A DNA stretch of 12,347 nt from Octopus sinensis (lineage: Eukaryota): positions 1 through 12,347 of the forward strand of contig NW_021827423.1 of NCBI RefSeq assembly GCF_006345805.1. The letters are read 5' to 3'. The notes below the pieces were generated by a model. The model ran no database searches and had not been told where the DNA came from. It worked only from the letters and a program-made list of their open reading frames with translations. The translations under genes and the position numbers were made by a program. Below, one piece after another: positions 1 to 9,280 of the stretch. Positions within the stretch are counted from its first letter, which is position 1. Every line of letters starts with the position of its first letter.

Positions 1-19
1 TCACTTCTTCTCTCGCTCT

Positions 20-230
20 AATATTGGTTTCAAATTTTTGCACAAGGCAGCAATTTTGTGGGAGAGGAGCAAGTCGATAGAATCACCCACATTACTCAAC
101 TGGTACTTCTTAATCGACTTGAAGGATGAAAGGCAAATTCGACCCTCGCGAGTTTGAACCCGCATATAATCCGGATCAATGCCGCCAAGCATTTGTTCGG
201 GGTGCCAACGATTCTGCCAGCTTACCGCCT
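20..230 (-). mobile_element. tRNA-derived SINE, family A, near full-length diverged copy
   Basis: Minus strand reads GGCGGTAAGCTGGCAGAATCGTTGGCAC (A-box-like), GGGTTCAAACTC (B box, + 150-161), then GCCTTTCATCCTTCAAGTCGATTAAGAAGTACCAG and TTTGAAACCAATATT. Homologous to the copies at 3495-3661 and 3660-3741. Confidence 0.85.
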
Positions 231-554
231 TTTTTATACTTCTAATATTATTCTTATTCTTATTTTATATTCTTAATGTCTCAAAATGACCCCCCCCCCC
301 TCCCCCACTTCTAAGAAAGTAGGCGAGTAGGCGAATATTTGAAGCAATTGGTACCGATTTAAGTGTTAAAGGGAGATAATCACAGAAATAAAATATTTTC
401 CAAAACTGAAGACTAGAGGAGAGCTGTGGATATGCTTTTCCACCTCAATAAGCGTTTTCAGCACAGCAGTTCCCCTACCTTATATCCAGCAATCAAAACA
501 TATATTTCTTAAAACCTGCCATATTTTTGACGTAGTTATTTGTTTTTCATTTTT

Positions 555-944
555 TTTCTTCTTGTTTTTGTCATTGGAGTGTGGCCATGCTGGGGCACCG
601 ACCTGAAGGATTTTCCACCAACGGATCGATCCTAGTACTGATTGAGTAGTCGGGTGCTCATTCTGAGTAGGCCTTTTGTCAAGCTGGTAGTTTAGAAGGA
701 TGCGAACAAACTAACACCGATTGCCAAGCGGTGAGTGAGGAAAAAAGACACACGCTCATGTGCACGTAGACGCACGCACATATGCATATATATATATATA
801 TTCAAATATATGTGTGTGTATATCATATACATATATATGAAGATATATGGACGCATATATATATATATATATATATATTATATACATATATATATACACC
901 AACTATATATATATATATTATATATATATATATATATAATATGT

Positions 945-1004
<60 letters not shown>

Positions 1005-1160
1005 CACACAACAGGCTTTTACGCAGCTTTCGTCTGCAACACTCACAAGGGTTTGGTCGGCCGGCCGGCGGCTATAGCAAAGGCACTCACGAAGATGGCG
1101 CGCTGTGGGAGTCAACACGAAAGCCATGTGGTTCACAAAGCCAGTTTCTTAACGACACAC
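555..1160 (-). mobile_element. tRNA-derived SINE, family B, old diverged copy with expanded internal (TA)n
   Basis: 555-775 aligns to the reverse complement of 9065-9265 (GGCCATGCTGGGGCACCG vs CGGTGCTCCAGCATGACC). 1003-1160 aligns to the reverse complement of 8825-8968 (TGGTCGGCC, GCTATAGCA, CCATGTGGTT). The (TA)n tract lies at the same internal position. Confidence 0.8.
780..1003. repeat. imperfect (TA)n microsatellite inside the family B SINE
   Basis: Directly visible dinucleotide run. Confidence 0.95.
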
Positions 1161-1377
1161 ATTCAAAATTCAAAAATCTAAGAATTCTAAAAACATTGGT
1201 GATCTGCTAATAAGACCAGACAACTATTTCTAAAATTCAGTGAGAATAATTTTTTAGTGTTAAATGTTAGATTTTATAATTTTATGTACTCAATAGATTT
1301 GTTTGAAGCGGTGTAAAGTTATGTTACGTTGGAAGTTAAAATATATTAATGTCTAAAGCCACGCATATATATATATA

Positions 1378-1734
1378 CATACATGCATGCAGGAAGAGAG
1401 AGAGAGAGAGAGGAAAGCGAGAGAGATACACGCACTGATACATGTAACCATATATATATATATATATATATATTATATACATATATATTCATGTAAATGT
1501 ATACATATAAAATAATGTCTCTATTTGTATATACATATTTATATAGGTGTTACTATATATAATATATATATTATTATTATATATACACACATACATATAT
1601 ACATGCATGCAGGAAGAGAGAGAGAGAGATACACTCACTATACATACAACCACATATATATATATATATATAATTCATATAAATGTATGCAATAAAATAT
1701 GCCTCCATTTGTATATACATATTTATATAGGTGT
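1378..1734 (+). repeat. local tandem duplication, two copies (about 1378-1550 and 1598-1734)
   Basis: ACATGCATGCAGGAAGAGAG at 1381 and 1601; TTTGTATATACATATTTATATAGGTGT ends at 1550 and 1734; the intervening motifs are collinear. Confidence 0.85.
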
Positions 1735-1744
1735 ATATCACATG

Positions 1745-2205
1745 CATATTTATATATAAATATATATATATATATATAATATATATATATATATATTATA
1801 TATATATATATATATATATGTTTATATATATATATATATTTATATATATATACGAATAGAAGCACATACACACCTATGCATATTATATATATTCATTCAA
1901 ATATGTATATACATCCATCAAGAATACGTACGCATGGAAAGCATGTATGCATATAGAGCCAAACGTACATACACACCCGTGCATACTTGCATACATACAT
2001 ACATACACTTGTAAATATAATTTATATAATATGTGTGTACACATATACATACATGTTTTCATATACCTGTGCATGCGTATATATGTGCGTGTATATACAC
2101 ATATCTATAATATATATATATATAAACACATATATATATATATGTATGTTTGCATATATATATATTATTTTATATATATATATATTTATAATATATATAT
2201 AATTT

Positions 2206-2250
<45 letters not shown>
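1745..2250. repeat. degenerate (TA)n/(TACA)n low-complexity region
   Basis: Directly visible. Confidence 0.9.
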
Positions 2251-2251
<1 letters not shown>

Positions 2252-2263
2252 ACACAGACATCC

Positions 2264-2412
2264 AGAGAGAAAGAGACAGATTGGGAAGAGAGAGAGAGCT
2301 AGGGAGAGAGAGAGAGAAGCAGAGATACAGAGAGGGGCGAATCTCAAAAGAGAGAGACAGAGAGGTTAAAAGGAAAGAGGGGAGGAGGATGTCGATATAG
2401 GGGGGGGGGAGA
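2264..2412. repeat. (GA)n polypurine tract ending in a G run
   Basis: Directly visible. Confidence 0.9.
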
Positions 2413-2597
2413 GTTGGTTGTTATACAGGAGGTGAGTGAATCCAGAATGAAACCCCTGGAAGGTAAACAGCGACCCCTGCTGCGTTGTTTGATCAAACGT
2501 GACTGGCAAACTTCAGCGTTATATCGTGTCTATTATTTCGACGTCACAATTCATATAAAAGGATTGATATAGTCGGGATGAAAGAACGACTGGAGCT

Positions 2598-3025
2598 GAG
2601 GAGGGGGAGTGGTGGGGGGGATGGTGGTGGTGGTGGTGGTGGTGGTGGTGGTGTGGTGGTGGCCGTTGTCGTCGTAGTGGCGATGGCTGTGATGGTGGTG
2701 GTTGGTGGTGGTGGTGGTGGTGGGGGTGGGGGTCGGGGTGGTGGCGGTGGGGATGTTTGTAGTGTCTGTGGTGGTTGTGCTGGTTGGGGTGGTTGTTAGG
2801 TGGTGTTGGCTGTGATGATAGTCGTCGTGGCGGTGATAGCTGGGGTGGAGGCGGCGGCGGTGGCGGTGGTGGCAGTGGTGGTGGTGGCGGCAGTCGTGGT
2901 GTAAGTAGTGGTGGTGGCGGCAGTGGCGGTGGAAGTAGTGGTGGTGGCGGCAGTGGTGGTAGCAGCAGTGGCGGTAGAAGTAGTGTTGATAGATGTATAG
3001 GCGGTGGCGGCATCGGTAGCAGTAC
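2598..3025. repeat. degenerate (GGT)n/(GGC)n trinucleotide tract containing a 30-bp x3 higher-order repeat at about 2875-2964
   Basis: GTGGTGGTGGCGGCAGT recurs at 30-bp spacing. Confidence 0.9.
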
Positions 3026-3115
3026 TTGGTGGCTGTAATGGTGCTCCTTGTAGTGATTACAAGACAGTATTATGATGATGGAGGTTATGATGATAATGAG
3101 GATGATGATCGCAAT

Positions 3116-3447
3116 GATGGGACTCACAACGATGAGACTCATAACGATGGGACTCATAACGATGGGACTCATGGCCATGAGACCCATGACTATGGGACTC
3201 ATAACGATGAGACTCATAACAGTGGACTCATGATAATGGGACACGTGGTAATGGAACTCATGACGATGGGACTCATGACTATGAGACTCATGGCGATGAA
3301 AGTCATGACAATAGGATGGACTCATGATAAAGGGACTCATGGCAATGGATCTCATGGCGATGAGACTCATGGCGATGCGACTCATAACGATGGACTCACG
3401 ACAACGGGACTCATGGCAATGGGAGTCATTACGATGAGACTCATGAT
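3116..3447 (+). repeat. 15-bp minisatellite, 22 units, consensus GATGRGACTCATRRC
   Basis: Units counted by hand. Three are 14 bp, and there is one 5-bp insertion (3310-3314). Confidence 0.95.
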
Positions 3448-3494
3448 GACGGAACACATTCGGGTTCGATAAAATGATACAAATTGATTAAAAA

Positions 3495-3661
3495 GGCAGG
3501 GCAGCAAGAGCGCAGAATCGTTAGCACGCCGGACAAAATGACTTGCGGTATCTCGTCCGTCTTTACGTTCTGAGTTCAAATTCCACCGGGGTCGACTTAG
3601 CCTTTCCTCCTTTTCTGGATCGATAAATCAAGTAGTAGCTGAGTACTAGTACTGGGGTCGA
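3495..3661 (+). mobile_element. SINE family A, 3'-truncated
   Basis: GCAGAATCGTTAGCACGCCGG head, B box GAGTTCAAATTCC (3572-3584), core GCCTTTCCTCCTTTTCTGGATCGATAAA. Homologous to 20-230. Confidence 0.85.
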
Positions 3662-3741
3662 ATTTGAACTCAGGATGCAAAACCGGACGAAAATGCTATT
3701 AAGCATTTTCTTCGGCGTGCTAACAATTCAGCTAGCTCGCC
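3660..3741 (-). mobile_element. SINE family A, tRNA-like head only, inverted and fused to the preceding copy
   Basis: Minus strand GGCGAGCTAGCTGAATTGTTAGCACGCCG...CTGAGTTCAAATTC matches the head at 3495-3583. Confidence 0.85.
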
Positions 3742-3803
3742 ACATTCATTGACCATGGTAATAATAATAATGATGATGATGATGATAATAATAATAATAA
3801 TAA

Positions 3804-4126
3804 TGTCTCTAAAAGAAATGGAGAAACTCTCAAAATACAAAGACCTGGAAATAGAGGTAACCAGAATGTGGAATCTGAAAACAGAAACATTCCTATCATA
3901 ATAGTTGCATTAGGCATGATAAAAAATATTCATCAGACAATACATACAAAAACACCAGGACTTACAAACCATATAACATACAGAAAATTGCACTACTAGC
4001 ACTGCACACATCCTATGCAGAACACTTTCCATACAATAACCATCAGAGCATCACAACAAATCACAGCACATACCCAAGTTGCGCTCGGTAGTGAAGTGAA
4101 AGCACGCTATAAAAATAAAACTTCTG
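3804..4126 (+). mobile_element. 5'-truncated non-LTR retrotransposon 3' end: C-terminus of a restriction-like endonuclease ORF plus 3' UTR, Dong/R4-like
   Basis: Frameshifted translation from 3806: SLKEMEKLSKYKDLEIEVTRMWNLKTET / IPIIIVALGMIK...KTPGLTN / YNIQKIALL / TAHILCRTLSIQ* (stop 4037-4039). This fits the KxxKYxDL...W...PxxxGALG pattern of RLE elements. AATAAA at 4114-4119; (AAT)n on both flanks. Confidence 0.8.
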
Positions 4127-4133
4127 AATAATG

Positions 4134-4169
<36 letters not shown>

Positions 4170-4877
4170 TTAATAATGGCGATGAAACTGATGATGTTGA
4201 AGATCGTCGCCCTCCTTCATCATCATCGTCATCATCATTATCATCACCAAAAGCAACATCAACCTTATCATTTTCATCACTCTTATCAAGACGATAATCA
4301 TGAAGAACACACAATTTACGATGATGATGATGACGATGATGATGATGATGATAGCGGTGGTGGTGGTGGTGGTTGCGATGACGGTGATGATGATAGTGGT
4401 GGAGATGGCGATGATGATGGTGATCCTATTGACAATAATAATGATAATGATGGTGGTAGTCGTATTGGGGGTAGTGGTGGTGGTCGTGGCAGTGGTGGTC
4501 GTGGTGGTGGTGGTGGTGGTGTGATGATGGTGATGATAATGATGGTGATGATGGCATTTATTGATAACGATGACGACGGGAGCGATGCTCGCTATGATGA
4601 TGAAGATGATGATGAGGATGATGATGATACTGGTAATAATAATAATAATAATGATAATAATAATTATAATAATGATAATAATAATAATAATAAATAATAA
4701 TGATAATAATGATAATAATGATAATAATAATAATAAATAATAATGATAATAATGATAATAATAATAATGATAATAATAATAATAATAATAATGATAATTA
4801 TAATGAGAATAATAATAATAATAATGATAATAATAATAATAATAATAATAATGATAATTATAATGATAATAATAATA

Positions 4878-4913
<36 letters not shown>

Positions 4914-5126
4914 GTGGTGATGGTGATGATGATGATGGTGAGGTGGGCAATGAAGATGGCGACAGTTATGGCGGTGGTGACGACGGGCAGAACGCCCACG
5001 ACAACAACGACGGCGGCGGCGGCGGCGGTGATTATTGTGACGATAATGATACAAACGGTGATTATAATGACAATAACAACAACAACAACAACAACAACAA
5101 CGGCGATGCTGACGCTGACGCTGACA
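4127..5126. repeat. compound trinucleotide microsatellite: (AAT)n, (CAT)n, (GAT)n, (GGT)n, (GGC)n, (AAC)n
   Basis: Directly visible; explains the poly-D/N/I/M/H ORFs. Confidence 0.95.
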
Positions 5127-5178
5127 ACACAGTTACTGTTGACATATCTATTACAGTTAGCGGTGACGTGGAGCTGTC

Positions 5179-5278
5179 ATGTCCGCAAATCATGCAGACA
5201 AGATTAAATGGCCGCTCTGCTTTCTGCTCCTATTTCTAGGCCGCCATGACACTCACACAGCGGAAGTACAGGATGGAC
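5179..5278 (+). CDS. candidate first coding exon (exon about 5157-5278) encoding a signal-peptide-like N-terminus MSANHADKIKWPLCFLLLFLGRHDTHTAEVQDG
   Basis: Unique-sequence island between microsatellites. Acceptor CTATTACAG| ends at 5156; ATG at 5179 with G at -3; 33 open codons with a basic-then-hydrophobic pattern; phase-1 donor C|GTAAGC at 5278/5279. No homology recognised. Confidence 0.4.
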
Positions 5279-5327
5279 GTAAGCACTTTTCTGTGTGTTG
5301 TTACAGAAACGTGAGGCTGGACGTGGG

Positions 5328-5830
5328 CGTATGAGTGTGTACGTGTGTGTGTACGTGTGTGTGTACATGTGTGTGTACGTGTGTGTGTGTGTGTGTGTGT
5401 GTGTAAAGTTGTTTGTGTGAGGGTGTTTGTGTGTGTGTGTGTATGTGTTTCTGTGTGTGTGCGAATGAGGGAATGTGTGTGTGAACGTGTGTGTGTGCGT
5501 GTATGTGTGTACGTGTGTGTGGGTATGTGTGAGTGTGTAAAGTTGTGTGCGTGAGGGAGTTTGTGTGTATGAACGTGTGTATGTGTGTGCGAGTGTGTGT
5601 GTGAATGAGGGAGTGTGTGCGTGTAAAGGTGTGTGTGTGAGGTTGTTTGTGTGCATGTGTGAGCGTGTGTGTGTGCGTGTATGTGTGAATGAGGGATTGT
5701 GTTCGTATGAAGTTGTATGTGTGAGCGTGTGTGTGTATGTGCGAATGAGGGAGTGTGTGTGCGTGTAAAGTTGCGTGTGAAAGGGAGTTTGTGTGTGTGA
5801 GAGAGAGAGACAGAGAGTCAGACTGAGTGT
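5328..5830. repeat. (GT)n-based degenerate higher-order minisatellite
   Basis: TGTAAAG(T/G)T at 5402, 5536, 5622, 5764; AATGAGGGA at 5464, 5604, 5688, 5744. Confidence 0.85.
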
Positions 5831-5985
5831 GCGTATGTGTGTATTTGTACATGACTGTCTGTGTGTGTACGCAAGGTTCATGTTTCTAAATGTGTGTGTA
5901 TGTGTATACATATATATATATGTATATGGGTGTGTGTGTATAAATATATATATTATATATATATATATATAATATATATACATAT

Positions 5986-6034
5986 AATTTGCTTTCATAT
6001 ATATATACATATTATATATATATGAAAGCAAATT
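5986..6034. repeat. perfect inverted repeat, 22-bp arms with a 5-nt loop
   Basis: AATTTGCTTTCATATATATATA (5986-6007) is the exact reverse complement of TATATATATATGAAAGCAAATT (6013-6034). Confidence 0.95.
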
Positions 6035-6275
6035 GTATATATGTATATAATGTATACACGTACAAATTTTGTGCATATGTTTATATACATACATACACAC
6101 ACACACACACATATATATATATGTATATATATGTGTGTGTGTATGTGTGTGTGTGTATGTATATACATGCATACACACACGAATTTGCGTGTGTATAAAT
6201 TTCCGTGTGTGTGTGATACAACTGTATCTGAAAGACATAAATAAAATTCGGTGACAGTTCGAGCATGCGCGTACG

Positions 6276-6315
<40 letters not shown>

Positions 6316-6479
6316 TTTGTATGTATGTGTGTGTGTATGCGCATACAAACTGATATCAATGAGAGAGGGTGCAGTGGAGAGTCAAAGAATGAAGGAGGCG
6401 AGGAGCAAGGAGAGCAGGAGAGGATTTATCGGATAAAGAGGGAGAGCCACGGTAGGAGGGACCATTGGAAGACCTAAGC

Positions 6480-6659
6480 ATGTATGTGTATGTGTATATA
6501 TATTCATATACATACACACACACATATCTATATACGCGCAAACACATATAAGCACACTCATACATATGTATGTATATATATATATATAAATAAAACTCTT
6601 ATGCATGTATATGCACATATATACACACGTATACACACACACACACACACATATATACA

Positions 6660-6695
<36 letters not shown>

Positions 6696-7054
6696 TGTAT
6701 GTATGTATGTATATGTGTGTGCATGCATATACATGCACACAAGCATACGTATATACTTTCACAGACATATCTACATACACAAATATATATATACACACAT
6801 ACATATATGTACGCACACATACAGAGAAACACCCTCACACACACACACAACACACACACACATATATATATATATACACATATATACAAATGCTCCCCTC
6901 TATCTATATGTCTTTCTCTCCCTCTGCATATCTCGCTCTCTCTCTCTCACTCTCTTTGTCGCTCTGTATCTATCTCCCTGTCTCTCTCTCTCTCGCTCTG
7001 TATCTCTCTCACTCTCACTCTCTCTCGCTCTGCATCTTTCTCTCTGTCTTTCTT

Positions 7055-7087
<33 letters not shown>

Positions 7088-7126
7088 CTATCTAGCTCCC
7101 TTCTCTCTCTCTCGCTCTGTATATTT

Positions 7127-7160
<34 letters not shown>

Positions 7161-7300
7161 CCGCTCTGTATCTATATCTCTGTATCTCTCTTCCGCTCGC
7201 TCGTTCGCTCGAACGCCTTTCTAAATGGAAAAATATTGCTCCTTGCTCTGCATGTAAAAACTGTGACAGATATATTATATATATATTATATATATTAATA

Positions 7301-7331
<31 letters not shown>

Positions 7332-7334
7332 ATA

Positions 7335-7380
<46 letters not shown>
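6480..7380. repeat. compound microsatellite: (TA/CA)n, (TATG)n, (CT)n with recurring CGCTCTGTAT, (TA)n, (GA)n
   Basis: Directly visible. Confidence 0.9.
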
Positions 7381-7734
7381 ATGGAAGATAGAGTGAAACT
7401 GTTAATATATCTGCGTGTATATACGTCTGTTTATATATAAGAGCGTGTGTATATGCGAGCGATTATTGACGTACGTCTGCGCAACCCATATGCATGTTTA
7501 TAACCATTACCAGCCATGTTTGTCAACTTCTTGAGCGGCTGTCTATGAGTATCTTGGCATATCTTTGTTAGAGTGTAACCCGAGCTGTGGCATGATTAGA
7601 CATGATGTTTACAGACAGGAACTCGAAGGATGATTGGGGTCTTTGAGTTATTGATGTATGAGCTTGAACTTACGAGGGACATGGCCCCTTCCATACACAC
7701 ACACAAACGCACAGAATCTTATATTCCTTTATCA

Positions 7735-7875
7735 TTTTACTTGTTTCAGTCATCTGACAGAGGCCATGCTGGGGCCCTTCTTAAAGAACTTGTAAGCTTA
7801 GTGCGTATTCTTTCGGCGTGTTTTGCCGAACCGATAAGTTACGGGGATGAAAACACACCAACATCGGTTGTGAAT
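7735..7875 (-). mobile_element. SINE family B 3' half, duplicate copy 1 (internally deleted)
   Basis: TTTTACTTGTTTCAGTCAT...GGCCATGCTGG...GCCGAACCG...ACGGGGA matches the reverse complement of 9100-9263. Confidence 0.85.
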
Positions 7876-7918
7876 CCATACACAAACACAAACACACAGA
7901 GTTTTCTGTTCTTTAATT

Positions 7919-8120
7919 TTTTACTTGTTTCAGTCATCTGACAGCGGCCATGCTGGGGCCCTCCCGAAAGGCTTTTAGTCTAAGAAATCGACTCCAGTCC
8001 TTGTAAGCTTAGTACGTATTCTTTCAGCCTGTATTGCCGAACCGATAAATTACGGGGACGAAAACACACCAACATCGGTTGTGAATCGATGATGAGGGGA
8101 CAAACACTGACACACAAATA
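7919..8120 (-). mobile_element. SINE family B 3' half, duplicate copy 2
   Basis: Same motifs as copy 1, extending to GGGGACAAACAC (reverse complement of GTGTTTGTCCCC near 9075-9086). Confidence 0.85.
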
Positions 8121-8373
8121 CATACGTCTCCTGCTCATGGATTACACTGGACCCCTCCGTTGATGGGAAATCTCTCCAATACACCACGACGTTCGAAGTT
8201 TTTGAACCTTTTGAACTTTTCTAAATTTTTTTCTACCTTTTCAACTTTTCTTAACTTTTTGTGTACTTTCTGCTTTTTCCTATTGTGGTTTCCTCCTACT
8301 CTGGTTGTTCTTACTCTGTTTTCTCTGGCCACTACACATCTTTCGTTTTCTCTCCTTGTTTATTTCTGTATCC

Positions 8374-8409
8374 CTTTCGGCAGAAGAGCGTAGGCTCGAA
8401 ACGTTAAAG
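8374..8409 (+). ncRNA. degenerate minimal type I hammerhead ribozyme fold, probably in a Penelope-like terminal-repeat remnant (about 8135-8490)
   Basis: CUUU | CGGCAGA (consensus CUGANGA, 2 changes) | extra A | GAGC-GUAG-GCUC stem II | GAAA | CGUU | AAAG. Stems I and II pair perfectly (4 bp each). Confidence 0.6.
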
Positions 8410-8510
8410 ACATTTTCACTTCCCGAGCGTTAAACTAATACATCTGTTGTTGTCTACACCACCTGTCTTTCGTCTTTTGCTTCTTTTGTGAATTCTCCCT
8501 ATATATATAT

Positions 8511-8555
<45 letters not shown>

Positions 8556-8558
<3 letters not shown>

Positions 8559-8661
8559 GTGACCGACCAGGCTATCAGATGTTGCTACACATCACTGGTC
8601 ACAATGCGCTTCTCATTGTTTTAGCCTTCAAATGACGCCACCATCCGCGCTAAGCGAGCAG

Positions 8662-8665
<4 letters not shown>
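8556..8665. mobile_element. 110-bp structured interspersed-repeat fragment between (TA)n tracts, probably a retroposon 3' end
   Basis: GC-balanced island with stems GACCAG/CTGGTC, GATGT/ACATC and ACAATG/CATTGT. Resembles a cephalopod SINE tail from memory only. Confidence 0.45.
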
Positions 8666-8702
<37 letters not shown>

Positions 8703-8708
8703 TCTATT

Positions 8709-8759
<51 letters not shown>

Positions 8760-8808
8760 ATATTATGTATATATAGTGTATATATATATATATATTTACA
8801 TATATATA

Positions 8809-8985
8809 GACGCAGGAGTGGCTGTGTGGTAAGTAGCTTGCTTACCAACCACATGGTTCCGGGTTCAGTCCCACGTGGCATCTTGGGCAAGTGTCTTCTG
8901 CTATAGCACCGGGCCGACCATGCCTGGTGAGTGCATTTTGTAGACGGAAACTGAAAGAAGACTGTCGTCTATATATATATAGTAT

Positions 8986-9023
<38 letters not shown>

Positions 9024-9268
9024 ATATATATATAATATTGTATGTATTGTGTGGTGATATATGTTTGTGTGTCTGTGTTTGTCCCCCTAGCATTGCTTGA
9101 CAACTGATGCTGGTGTGTTTACGTCCCCGTCACTTAGCGGTTCGGCAAAAGGGACCGATAGAATAAGTACTGGGCTTACAAAAGAATAAGTCCTTGGGTC
9201 GATTTGCTCGACTAAAGGCGGTGCTCCAGCATGACCGCAGTCAAATGACTGAAACAAGTAAAAGAGAG
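8809..9268 (+). mobile_element. full-length tRNA-derived SINE, family B (CORE-like motif), with internal (TA)n/(TG)n
   Basis: A box TGGCTGTGTGGT (8819-8830), B box GGTTCAGTCCC (8862-8872), CORE-like CTTGGGCAAGTG, (TA)n at about 8970-9037, tail ending GAAACAAGTAAAAGAG. Four other partial copies occur in the window. Confidence 0.9.
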
Positions 9269-9280
9269 AAAGAGAGATAT

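Noticed and set aside
1-192. 63-aa minus-strand ORF
   Set aside because: Lies almost entirely within a family A SINE.
735-2261. YI/IY-rich ORFs
   Set aside because: Translations of (TA)n, open in many frames on both strands.
2722-2752. G-quadruplex motif
   Set aside because: Four G runs exist but are expected within a degenerate (GGT)n tract; no functional evidence.
3116-3447. CRISPR-like array
   Set aside because: Head-to-tail units without unique spacers, no cas genes, eukaryotic context.
2519-3472. 312-aa His/Pro-rich and Gly-rich ORFs resembling structural proteins
   Set aside because: Fully explained by (GGT)n and the 15-bp minisatellite; repeat indels are not frame-preserving.
4187-4215. 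CTGATGA as another hammerhead core
   Set aside because: Part of a GAT tract, with no stem II or GAAA.
4131-5239. poly-D/N/I/H ORFs
   Set aside because: Trinucleotide microsatellite artefacts.
6350-6477. Prohormone-like frame ERIYRIKRESHGRR
   Set aside because: No credible splice acceptor or start; purine-rich composition produces K/R/E by chance.
8809-8880. tRNA gene
   Set aside because: A/B boxes are present but there is no convincing cloverleaf, and it continues into a multi-copy SINE body.
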